Shown here one piece after another: positions 1 through 8,985 of a DNA stretch of 64,000 nt. The notes beneath the pieces were generated by a model. The model searched no databases, was not told where the DNA came from, and was given only the letters and a program-made list of their open reading frames with translations. The DNA comes from Savitreella phatthalungensis (taxonomy: Eukaryota), in contig AP039694.1 in NCBI GenBank assembly GCA_051599415.1, positions 186,001 through 250,000 on the forward strand, given 5' to 3'. Position numbers and translations under genes: made by a program. Each line of letters starts with the position of its first letter. Positions within the stretch are counted from its first letter, which is position 1.

Positions 1-2
1 AC

Positions 3-116
3 ATCGCCAAGATACAAGCACGCGCTGCGCAAGAGATCCCCGTCGAGTATCATGCGCAGCGTGAAGGAGCCATGATGCTCCACGTCGACGACGAAGACGA
101 CTTATCAGAGCTGTGA
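3..116 (+). CDS. Probable 3' end of a CDS entering from the left edge (IAKIQARAAQEIPVEYHAQREGAMMLHVDDEDDLSEL*)
   Basis: Open frame from base 3 to TGA at 114-116 with coding-like codons. Too short to identify. Confidence 0.4.
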   Translation: MAKIQARAAQEIPVEYHAQREGAMMLHVDDEDDLSEL

Positions 117-326
117 AGCTCACATGCCATAACCCACGACCAACGAAGTCCCTGTAGAATAGTCAAATGCATCCAATTGCCTGTATCCCATGCAAGTGCC
201 TCCGAGCCCAGGGCATGACTCTTCCCGGCTCCACGTTAAACCGCAACTGATAAACTGTCCTTCTATGAGGCACACATCCACGCAACTGCAGTTCAGGTGA
301 TTTCGGAGGCTATGAGGAGTCGTTAG

Positions 327-1742
327 ATGGTAGCTCGGGGAGGTACGAAGACGCCGGCGTCTGTACCGAGGTGCTATGTCACCACAGTCGCAGGTAATGT
401 CGCGCCGAGGTCTGAACAAGAGCCGGAAAGTGAGAGACAAAAGCAGGACACCATAGACTGGCGGCGGATTTCACACTCCCTATCCCATACGCCTTTCGCT
501 CTTGCGGTATCAATCACGTACCCTGTATCGATAGCAAGTGGGATCGACGATATGTTTGATAGGCACAAGGACATGCTTACCTACAGGCGCGTACGGTTAC
601 CTCTACACGCTTGGGTCACCAACCCGTCCTTGATCAAAGCATGTCGAGCTGCTGCAGTCACAGCCATCGCATCTGCGCCCGTCACTGATGATGGCGCTGC
701 ACGATATCTGTCGGTAGATTCGGGGAATGTGATTTGCATTGCAAGTCACGCACACGCGCCGCTCAATATCGCTTCTCAGCCGTCCGCCAAGCGCACGAAA
801 CACGACCCAGCCACTCACGCCGGTGCACTCCTCATGATGTCTCTAGACAAGGAAACATACCAGCGCGCTGGCCTGACAGGCGTCAAGAGTACATTGAACG
901 ACGGCAAGTACGTCGTTCGAATGCCCTTCCGTCCGCCACCGTCATCGACAGAGACAACTTCCACGAAGAGCCCGCTGAAAGACGGCGGTCTGCGTGCCAT
1001 CACTGCTATGCAGGAGCTTCCTGCATTCTCAGCAACTCGCGAATGGACAGCCATCATCGACGAATCTCACCTCATTTCGATATGTGGCGAAGACGCGGTG
1101 AAAGAGATCGATGCTGTGCTTGGTCCTTGCATTCCGCTCGACAAGACTACATCGATACCATTGAGGACCACCGTTCCAGACTTCACCAAGTTACACCGTC
1201 CTCAACACACAGAGCTGTCTAAAATTGCGGCCAGTGACGATGCTGATGGTGACAAAAACTGGATAGAGGCAGAAGCGTGGCGGGAGTATGTCGACGACGT
1301 ACTCTGTCATCTCAATTTGCTTTCGCGCGCAACAGTCGAGGGTGACTTCAACACAGCGATCGCAGAATCTGCGCGCGGATCGGTCGATCCTTATATCACC
1401 ACGTACACGTCGCCGTGCAACCACAGGACCGACACGAAGGACACAGTCAATGTCCTAACAACCACCTTCTCAGGCTCCATACCCGCGCACCTCACCATTT
1501 CACTCGTCGATGCGCTGATTCAGCTGTTGAATGCCTCGCAGTTGGACGAGCAGCCGTGGGCATGCGTCCATCTGACAGGCAATCCGGGAGCACCGATGGC
1601 CAAATTGCCGTACGAGCATGCAGCCGCAGGTCTCAGTGGATACGCAACAACGCTTCTACTCCACGGCGGACAAGTCGAGGGAAGCGTTGAATGGCCAGCG
1701 GCAGTATGCTGGGAAGTTGTGGGCGAAAGAGATGCTTACTGA
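327..1742 (+). CDS. RPP40: Ribonuclease P/MRP 40 kDa subunit-like protein
   Basis: 471-aa ORF. MSLDKETYQRAGLTG resembles the fungal Rpp40 signature (LDKETYERxGLxG), plus a C-terminal WACVHLTG..P and WEVVG motif. Confidence 0.7.
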   Translation: MVARGGTKTPASVPRCYVTTVAGNVAPRSEQEPESERQKQDTIDWRRISHSLSHTPFALAVSITYPVSIASGIDDMFDRHKDMLTYRRVRLPLHAWVTNPSLIKACRAAAVTAIASAPVTDDGAARYLSVDSGNVICIASHAHAPLNIASQPSAKRTKHDPATHAGALLMMSLDKETYQRAGLTGVKSTLNDGKYVVRMPFRPPPSSTETTSTKSPLKDGGLRAITAMQELPAFSATREWTAIIDESHLISICGEDAVKEIDAVLGPCIPLDKTTSIPLRTTVPDFTKLHRPQHTELSKIAASDDADGDKNWIEAEAWREYVDDVLCHLNLLSRATVEGDFNTAIAESARGSVDPYITTYTSPCNHRTDTKDTVNVLTTTFSGSIPAHLTISLVDALIQLLNASQLDEQPWACVHLTGNPGAPMAKLPYEHAAAGLSGYATTLLLHGGQVEGSVEWPAAVCWEVVGERDAY

Positions 1743-1781
1743 ATCGGGGTTGTATTTCATGCTTGCTGTCTGTGAGTGATT

Positions 1782-2834
1782 CTACAACTTCGAGATCACC
1801 CCTTTCCGCCGGCGCTCGCCAGCCATCCTGAGCAAGGCGTAGAGCGACTGCGTCCTCGGCATCTCGATCCCACGTCTACGCGCAATCCTGACCGGGTTAC
1901 CCAGGATCACCTCGATCTCGAGCGGATTGCCGCGTTGCCAATCCAGCAGCATCGACGGCTTTCCTGACGTGTTGCGCTCCGTCGACTTGAGGATCGTATC
2001 AGCAGTCGCGAAGCCCTTGGTCGGAAACGGCCGGCCCAAAACCTTTGGCGCAGTCGTCAGCACCTCGTCCATGACGCCCTTCAGGTGCAGTCGAAGTTCG
2101 GGATCGAGCGACATCTCAGCATTCCCGCACCCACCACTGAGCACGGAGGATGGGTTCATGCTAGCATTGATGGCAATCTTGTGCCACCGGACCAGCTGCA
2201 AATCAGCCTCGTCATATGCATCGGCGTCTTTGATACCGCCACCCTTCAATAACTCGCACAGCTCCTTCGTCCGGCGTCCGGCTAAATCATCCCTCTTCTT
2301 CCTGTCATCATCACTGCCAGCACCACCAGATTTACTGTCGAAGACGTCGTCTCCAGCATACGGACCAATGCTGATGCGCGTCCAGCGATTATGAGTGATT
2401 GTGCCAGGGGTATTCTGGGCTGCTGAGACGACGGTGACGGCGGAGAGGATTGGATTTGTCGGGAATTTTAATCTGTAAGGTTCTTCGACGCCCACGCCGT
2501 TCTGAATCAGCACGATCGAAGTGTGGCCCTTCTTCACCAAGCGCTCAATCGTCAATGTATCGTCCTGGACGTCCGGCAAAGCCTTTGTCGTCACCACCAC
2601 AAAGTCCCACGTGATTCCGGAGTCAGCAGCGGCATCACTCGACGGGAATACGTTCACTGGAGAAAACAAGTAGTCTCCGAACTTGGGCGTCTTCAGCTGA
2701 AATCCTCCTTGAGAGACAACAGCCTTGTAATTAGACCTGCACACCACAGAGACGTCAGCACCAGGCAATCTGCTGCCGTAGAAAGCGCCAACTGCTCCAG
2801 CGCCAACGATCAATACCGTCGATTTTCCTGTCAT
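1782..2834 (-). CDS. Ketopantoate reductase (PanE/ApbA family), with C-terminal SKL
   Basis: GAGAVG Rossmann motif, VTTK, LIQNG, WHKIAIN, SMLLDW..G.PLEIEVILG. Ends ...GVISKL. Confidence 0.92.
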   Translation of the reverse strand: MTGKSTVLIVGAGAVGAFYGSRLPGADVSVVCRSNYKAVVSQGGFQLKTPKFGDYLFSPVNVFPSSDAAADSGITWDFVVVTTKALPDVQDDTLTIERLVKKGHTSIVLIQNGVGVEEPYRLKFPTNPILSAVTVVSAAQNTPGTITHNRWTRISIGPYAGDDVFDSKSGGAGSDDDRKKRDDLAGRRTKELCELLKGGGIKDADAYDEADLQLVRWHKIAINASMNPSSVLSGGCGNAEMSLDPELRLHLKGVMDEVLTTAPKVLGRPFPTKGFATADTILKSTERNTSGKPSMLLDWQRGNPLEIEVILGNPVRIARRRGIEMPRTQSLYALLRMAGERRRKGVISKL

Positions 2835-3203
2835 GATCGAACCGATTAGCTAAAAAATGGTCCGATGCGTGTCAATGCGTGTCTCGAACACAGGGAGATG
2901 CTGCTGAATGGGACCTCACAGAAGAGAAACAGCCAGAGGAGGTGCTCGATGACTTGAGTGTTGTGTGGAGGAAGGTAGTTCTACACCAGTCATCCCGCAA
3001 GAAGTCACTCACTCACTGCCAAACACCTCCGAGCTCGTACAGGCCCGATCGAGTCGATTGTGGAGTAGCTATAGAATTCATCATAATCAAATCTAATGAT
3101 CCATCTACAATCTTCTTCCAAAATCTAAGAAAGTTATGCCAAGATTCATTAAATTAGTAAAGTTGATCAAATTGAGGAATTAGATCGTTCGGAGATTCCA
3201 ACT

Positions 3204-3212
3204 ATCACGTGA
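3204..3212. promoter_or_regulatory. E-box/CDEI-like bHLH site (ATCACGTGA) in the divergent PanE / Edc1-like promoter
   Basis: Exact RTCACGTG match in the intergenic region. The same motif recurs at 19596 and 42478/42500. Confidence 0.35.
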
Positions 3213-3503
3213 AAGTAGTCAGCAAAGTCAGAAGTTACTTTACGACACCCACGCACATATACTCATACACATCCTCAAACCTCAACCTCGTTCAAGGTTT
3301 ACAGGTCAAGGTATAGCCCCAAGAGTCTCTCAAGAAAGACTCTGACTATCTAGTAGCCGCGCTAGAAATCATCAAGCAGGGAGCGCCTACTCATCTGACC
3401 AGAGATTTTCCGACAGACACCAATATCTGTCTCGTGACGCGGTCGAATACCCTTCATCAGTTTCTCCAAGCCTGACATTTTCCTACGGACTTATGCAAAG
3501 GAC

Positions 3504-5597
3504 ATGTCTAGATCAACACCTACAAACACCGACGGAGGCGTCGTTCATGCGGGCGTAACAGCTGCCACACCAAATAAAGCTAATCACAGCGGATCAGGCC
3601 CATATAAGAAGAAAGGCGGTGCAAATCAAGCTTCCGCAGCCGCAGACGGTGATCACTATGCCGGACCCACCTTCCACCATTCACCAGCGCCTACAAAGCT
3701 GCCACCTCCGCCGTTTCTGTCTCGAAGTATTGGCAAGAGTGGCGGCAGTACCACCGCCAGCAATCTAGCAAGTGCATCGATGTCGGCGTCCAATTCGACA
3801 CAAGGACACCTCGCACATGCCAACACCTCGTACGGAAGCTTTCCGTCATCTTCGGGTTTCCCCGAGTATCTGACACACTCGCTGTCACAGTCACAGTCAC
3901 AGTCACAAATGCAGTCCCAGTCATACCCGCAATTCCAAGCTCCTCCACAGCATTACTACCAGGAGCAGCAACCTCAGTATTCAAGCTATCATGAGCTTCA
4001 GCCACTCGTCGACCATACCAGACCACCGACCCAAGGGAGCAATTTGACGAATGATTCCCCGCTTGGCTTCCTCTTCTCCGCCAAGGACAAAGAACAGTCA
4101 CTCCGTCAACTCCAATCAGAGACACTCCCTCCGCCGCTCAACTATGCTGCAGACACCTACGGGTCGTTCGCTAATTCGCAACAGCAGCAGCATCTCTATA
4201 TGCAGCAGAACCATCAACAGCAGCAACCACCGCCTCAGCACGTATCACCGTTGCACGACCCGTACCTCGGACAGTATTCTGCGCCGCAGTATGGCTACCA
4301 ACCCTCGCCACCCCGTCATAACCAGTACATCGAGCCGCAGCACCAGCAAACCTCCGCTGGACTGAGTGGTCTGTTTAGCACAAATGGACCTGAAGCTCCA
4401 CCGCAAACTAATTCTCCCTTCTCGCCCTTCAGCTCGCAAAATGGCCATTATAGCCAACAGCATGTGATGCCCTCCCAGCAACCACAACAACAGCGTCAAG
4501 ACGCTTTCGACGCTTTCCTATCTCAGATTCCCCCTCGCGATCCGCACTACTCGCAGTATCCCGCTAATGCACTCCCGAATCTCTTTAATAGCACAGGCAG
4601 CGGACAGCCACCTGTGCAACCCGTCCAGCAGCGTCCAATGTACCCGCTCTCGGACTCTCGATCATCCTACGATCGCCCTTTCACCCCGACAGACCAATTA
4701 CTGCACTCTCAGGGAGTAGCTGGCGCCCGTCCGACGCCCCCGCCGTCCGCCGATGCAAGCGCCCTGATGGCCTTCCTCGGCATCACTCCTGGCAACGACC
4801 ACCCTTCCTCTACAATCCCCACACCTCAACAGATTTCGACGCCGGCTCATACATCAACTCAACAGCAAGATCCACCATCTGCAAATCGGGCCAAAGGTCG
4901 CTTCTCACCACCTGCCTCCCGTCCTCCCGAAGCTTCATCCCCAGCACCACTGAAACCCACGCCTACCAGTGTACCAGCAAGAAAAGGCTGGGCGCCGGTC
5001 GATCGACCTCCTGCGCAACGGCTGCAAGACACACAAGCTCAACAGTTGGCAGAGCCAACTGCTCCGGTTGCGCCGCCAATCGTTCTTAAAGAGGATTCTC
5101 CCGCTCGTCGCCCTGAAGGCAGCCACGAGAAATTGTTTGATGCGGGCCTAGAGCACAACAATTACTCCAGCGACAACTCTCCTTCACGTCCACCGCGCTC
5201 CGGCAAGAAGCCCTCGCCAGACAAGAGGCATTCGCCAGACAAGAAGATTTCACAACGCCACCAAAACAGCGACGGCAGTCACAACAACACCAACAGCCGG
5301 CGCAGCAACAATAAGTACAACAAGCAGAACGGCGCATCGCCGTCAACGATCATGAATGATAAAGACACACGCAAGGCAACCGACATGTTTCAACCACGAA
5401 CGATCCTCAAGCGAGATCCCGCGACTGCACCAGCGCCAGCAGCAGCCAGTATGAACCAATCGACTCCGACACCTTCAGTTCCAGAGACTAGGCCTACAGT
5501 TGACGCCCAGCCCAGCAAAGACACCACCGCCGAGGCATCGCCAGGCATCATCAAGAGCGTCGAGCAAGGCATCAAGGACTTGCTGAAGCTGGGCTGA
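3504..5597 (+). CDS. PNRC-motif protein, Edc1-like mRNA decapping activator (largely disordered, Q/P/S-rich)
   Basis: YAGPTFHHSPAPTKLPPPPF matches the YAG..F...P....LP.P PNRC/Edc1 motif. The rest is low complexity with a C-terminal IKDLLKL helix. Confidence 0.8.
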   Translation: MSRSTPTNTDGGVVHAGVTAATPNKANHSGSGPYKKKGGANQASAAADGDHYAGPTFHHSPAPTKLPPPPFLSRSIGKSGGSTTASNLASASMSASNSTQGHLAHANTSYGSFPSSSGFPEYLTHSLSQSQSQSQMQSQSYPQFQAPPQHYYQEQQPQYSSYHELQPLVDHTRPPTQGSNLTNDSPLGFLFSAKDKEQSLRQLQSETLPPPLNYAADTYGSFANSQQQQHLYMQQNHQQQQPPPQHVSPLHDPYLGQYSAPQYGYQPSPPRHNQYIEPQHQQTSAGLSGLFSTNGPEAPPQTNSPFSPFSSQNGHYSQQHVMPSQQPQQQRQDAFDAFLSQIPPRDPHYSQYPANALPNLFNSTGSGQPPVQPVQQRPMYPLSDSRSSYDRPFTPTDQLLHSQGVAGARPTPPPSADASALMAFLGITPGNDHPSSTIPTPQQISTPAHTSTQQQDPPSANRAKGRFSPPASRPPEASSPAPLKPTPTSVPARKGWAPVDRPPAQRLQDTQAQQLAEPTAPVAPPIVLKEDSPARRPEGSHEKLFDAGLEHNNYSSDNSPSRPPRSGKKPSPDKRHSPDKKISQRHQNSDGSHNNTNSRRSNNKYNKQNGASPSTIMNDKDTRKATDMFQPRTILKRDPATAPAPAAASMNQSTPTPSVPETRPTVDAQPSKDTTAEASPGIIKSVEQGIKDLLKLG

Positions 5598-5727
5598 ACA
5601 TTTCAACTCACGTTAAACTCATTCACATCCGTGCACTGCTCCTACGTATGTACGTCCATGTGTCAAGAACAGCATCTCATACGTTCATCAATTCATACTA
5701 CCTCCCCATCGAGCGTGACTCTTTCAG

Positions 5728-7590
5728 TCATGTGACATGGCACCAGTGCGAGGTGTCCTCCGAGTCATGTACGAGAACACTGGCGCGCACGCGGGTCTGC
5801 CTCGTGTATTGCCTTCGCCCACTGCTGTACCGGTAGCTGGAGTCGAGATCGCCTCTTCCAGGAGGTGGCCTGACGCCATCAACCTCGAAAGCCGCCTGTG
5901 CGAGCTGCGATTGGGATGCCACCCATCCTCCATCGTGCTGCTCTGACGACACCGGCACCGCATAGAATACCGCAGAACCGTTTTGTCTAGCATACACCAC
6001 CGACAGTACTGAGTCATCACGATTGTGCCCATCCTTTCGCCACTTTGCGTGATCAATACTGCCCCATAGACTCGATACCTCTACTCCATCCACCACATCG
6101 TCCTCCACCCAAGCCGTCTCCAGCGACATCTCGTACCTGTACTCGCTTGTCGGCGCAAGCGAGTCCAGCGAGTGCGAGCGCCCTGAGATCTTCTGGTACA
6201 AGATATTTGACGTGCCTCCGTCGCTGATCATGTTGTTGTTGATGACAGATGCCCTGTGCGTCCATCTACCGGCGGCAGTCTCAAGAATGAGCGATCGTCT
6301 GGCTATAGTACCAACACGCACCTCTTCCACCGATCCTCGAGGTATCGTGTCACCTGGGCGTACGTTCCGGCCGTCGACGGCCGAAGTGACATCTACTATC
6401 ATCAGGTCCTCGATCACCGTTGGCGGCTCTGAGGGCCGACTCGCCTCGACATCATTTCGCCAGATGTGGAGACCCCCGCTTACAAACCACTCCCCACGGA
6501 CCTCCTCGCCAGGTCCACCATCCATGACGAATCGGACCTCGTGCGAGCTCCCGTCAGTGAGAATCCCGAGCCACGGCGTCAGATCGACCGTGTATGTGTC
6601 TTGGTCGTAAGCGTCTGTGGCGACTGTCGGTCTCCAGAGGAATGGATTTGCTCCGCCTGTGTATATGACTGGGAAAATGAATGCAAAACCGGCGACATGG
6701 CTATCGATCATCACATCGACCGCTCGAACGGCTCCACCTGTCGACACGTCCGAGTCGTCTCCACTCAGCACACCGTCGAGGAAGCTAGGAATCCCAGTGT
6801 ACCAAGCCTCCTCGCGTCCACTCCCACTTGCAAAAAATCTCACCTCAGCATGAGTCACCTTCGCATCCAGCGACACATTCGTAGACGCCACACCAGGAAG
6901 TGTGAATGGCCGCCATCCGCCACTCAGTGGGATTACCTCGTGTGCTGGTGGTCGTAGGGCTGGTGGGTTTGTAGCGAGTACGATTTCGAGGTGCAGGTTG
7001 AATGGCGCGGTGTAGATGTGGTTGACGACGTTATTGAGGAGGACTGTGATAGTGTTTGCTGATTTGAGTGTCGCGAGGACGGGTGTAAGATCCTTCGAAA
7101 CTACCTGGAACGTCCCGTTCCGTGAAGGCTCGAGCGTCGAAAATCGCCACACCTCCAAACCATCCACAAGCACATGTCCAAGCCGATCAAATTGTCGACC
7201 ACGAGCATCGATCGTCAGCTTACCCATCGCACTACGCCAATTGTGCCGACCGTGTGACATGCATTCGGAAGGGGTGGCGTTGAAGTGTTGTGGCGTATCC
7301 CAAGCGTTGCCGAACGTGCTCAAGATCGACGCTACGGTACATGATTCTGTAGGCAGATCGACTGGGTAGTGTAATTGCATCAAGCGTGTGTAAGAACTCG
7401 GCAGGTTTGGTCGGGTCTCACGGGGACATTGGGATGAGGTAGGAACAGCGCGTGCATCGAGCCAGAGCGCAGCCATTGTCCACAGCAAGAAGGCGATCGT
7501 AGCTGCTGCTACAGCCATCCTACTGATGGCGCAGCGAGCGAGCCAGACCGAGCATCTTCTAGGAAGACCATCAGGCGCCTGGCGTTTCAT
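5728..7590 (-). CDS. Peptide-N4-(N-acetyl-beta-glucosaminyl)asparagine amidase A (PNGase A family)
   Basis: N-terminal hydrophobic anchor. HTFGN-like STFGN, GRQFDRLG, VWRFSTLEP, SG...EEAWY and FPVIYTGGANPFLWRP motifs. Confidence 0.9.
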   Translation of the reverse strand: MKRQAPDGLPRRCSVWLARCAISRMAVAAATIAFLLWTMAALWLDARAVPTSSQCPRETRPNLPSSYTRLMQLHYPVDLPTESCTVASILSTFGNAWDTPQHFNATPSECMSHGRHNWRSAMGKLTIDARGRQFDRLGHVLVDGLEVWRFSTLEPSRNGTFQVVSKDLTPVLATLKSANTITVLLNNVVNHIYTAPFNLHLEIVLATNPPALRPPAHEVIPLSGGWRPFTLPGVASTNVSLDAKVTHAEVRFFASGSGREEAWYTGIPSFLDGVLSGDDSDVSTGGAVRAVDVMIDSHVAGFAFIFPVIYTGGANPFLWRPTVATDAYDQDTYTVDLTPWLGILTDGSSHEVRFVMDGGPGEEVRGEWFVSGGLHIWRNDVEASRPSEPPTVIEDLMIVDVTSAVDGRNVRPGDTIPRGSVEEVRVGTIARRSLILETAAGRWTHRASVINNNMISDGGTSNILYQKISGRSHSLDSLAPTSEYRYEMSLETAWVEDDVVDGVEVSSLWGSIDHAKWRKDGHNRDDSVLSVVYARQNGSAVFYAVPVSSEQHDGGWVASQSQLAQAAFEVDGVRPPPGRGDLDSSYRYSSGRRQYTRQTRVRASVLVHDSEDTSHWCHVT

Positions 7591-7971
7591 GGATGCGGAG
7601 AACCGTGGCGTGTCCCCGTTGCAGAAGATCTCTTTTCAGAGGTCGACCAAGTGCCTAGATGATCTAGCTAATGCAGCCTTGTACTCATATGTAGATAGAG
7701 ACTTGGATGCCTGACCTGATGCTCTTCAGAGACATCCTACTCGCGTGAAGTCGCGTATGTTTGCTGTCTTGCAGCGTTGTCTTCCGTGCTTGTGTGTTCG
7801 ATCGTGCATCTGACGCCCAGTGTGGTTCGCCCACAGGCATGTGACTTTTGCTCGAAATAGAACCAAGCTGAATGATCATAGAAGATGCCCTGGATTGAGG
7901 TGTGACAAAGACACGCACAAAGACAGATCCTCCAACAGATAGACGCCCTTCAGCCTACACCTTCGAGCATT

Positions 7972-8835
7972 ATGCTGAAGGCGCGGAGAAACCAAGAGAC
8001 TACAATCTATTGTGGCAACCTGGATGCGAACGTGCGCGAGGATCTGCTGTTTGAGCTGATGGTTCAGGCTGGTGCGGTGGTCAGTGTGCACATGCCGAAG
8101 GACAAGGTGATGGGGACGCACTCCGGGTATGGTTTCGTGGAGTTCCTGACGCGGCGGGATGCAGAGTACGCTACAGGTATTCTTGCGGGTGTCAAGCTCT
8201 TCGGCAGACCACTGAAAATCAACTTCGCAGGAGACAAGGACCGACAAGCAGTCGCGGCAGCAACAGCAGCAGCAGCAGGCAACACAGATCACACAGCCTC
8301 AGCAGCTATCGTCAGCGATCGCGTTCAGGCAGTGGAGTCTATCGGCGCGGAGCTCTTCATCGGCGGGCTGGATCCCTTGGCTGACGAGCGGTTATTGGTC
8401 GAGACGTTCAGTGGGTTTGGCACGCTGCTGCGGATGCCGAGAGTGGTGCGAGGGGAGGGAGACCGTTTAGGAAAGGGATTTGTGTCGTATGCTTCGTTTG
8501 ATGCAGCAGATGCTGCCATCACCGCAATGGATCGGCAATTCCTCGCGAATAGACCGATTACCGTCGGATATGCATTCAAACAGGGCTCTGCGACAGAGAA
8601 GCACGGGTCACAGGCAGAGAGATTGCTCGCGCAGAGAGCAATTGAGAACGGCGTACGTGTGGTGCCTCTTCATCCCGTCGACAGTGGGAGCGGGATGGTC
8701 GGCGCTCGGACTGGCGCCAATGCCCTTCCAACAAAATCATCCACGCTCCCGCAAGGTTTCACCGCCGCCACCACAAATGTAAATGGCTACTCAACCGTGC
8801 CTGCGCCTCCACCACCGCCGGGTACACGACGCTGA
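7972..8835 (+). CDS. SF3B4: Splicing factor 3B subunit 4 (Hsh49/Sap49), two RRMs
   Basis: RNQETTIYCGNLD, LFELMVQAG, HMPKDKV, GAELFIGGLDP, YAFK...EKHGSQAERLLA. Confidence 0.93.
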   Translation: MLKARRNQETTIYCGNLDANVREDLLFELMVQAGAVVSVHMPKDKVMGTHSGYGFVEFLTRRDAEYATGILAGVKLFGRPLKINFAGDKDRQAVAAATAAAAGNTDHTASAAIVSDRVQAVESIGAELFIGGLDPLADERLLVETFSGFGTLLRMPRVVRGEGDRLGKGFVSYASFDAADAAITAMDRQFLANRPITVGYAFKQGSATEKHGSQAERLLAQRAIENGVRVVPLHPVDSGSGMVGARTGANALPTKSSTLPQGFTAATTNVNGYSTVPAPPPPPGTRR

Positions 8836-8875
8836 CACTAAAAGAAAGAGAGGACCACGCCAATGTACATTTAGG

Positions 8876-8916
8876 GATGATTCAAGAGATGATTCAAGAG
8901 ATGATTCAAGAGATGA
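8876..8916. repeat. 12-bp tandem repeat (GATGATTCAAGA)x3 plus a partial copy
   Basis: Three exact copies at 8876-8911 followed by GATGA, in the convergent SF3B4/CSE1 3' gap. Confidence 0.9.
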
Positions 8917-8985
8917 ATGAATGCTGATGAGCTTTATGCAGGTAAGTGGTAGTAGTATGGTCGGTGAATGGAGACACAGCTAGCT

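Noticed and set aside
5700..5730. Stop-codon readthrough to a cryptic PTS1 (TGA-CTG after PNGase A and several other stops checked)
   Set aside because: None of the stops checked has the TGA-CTA context, and none of the extensions read through ends in a PTS1.
8876..8916. Short direct repeats as a possible CRISPR-like array
   Set aside because: Head-to-tail 12-bp tandem copies without spacers in a eukaryotic 3' gap, i.e. an ordinary minisatellite.
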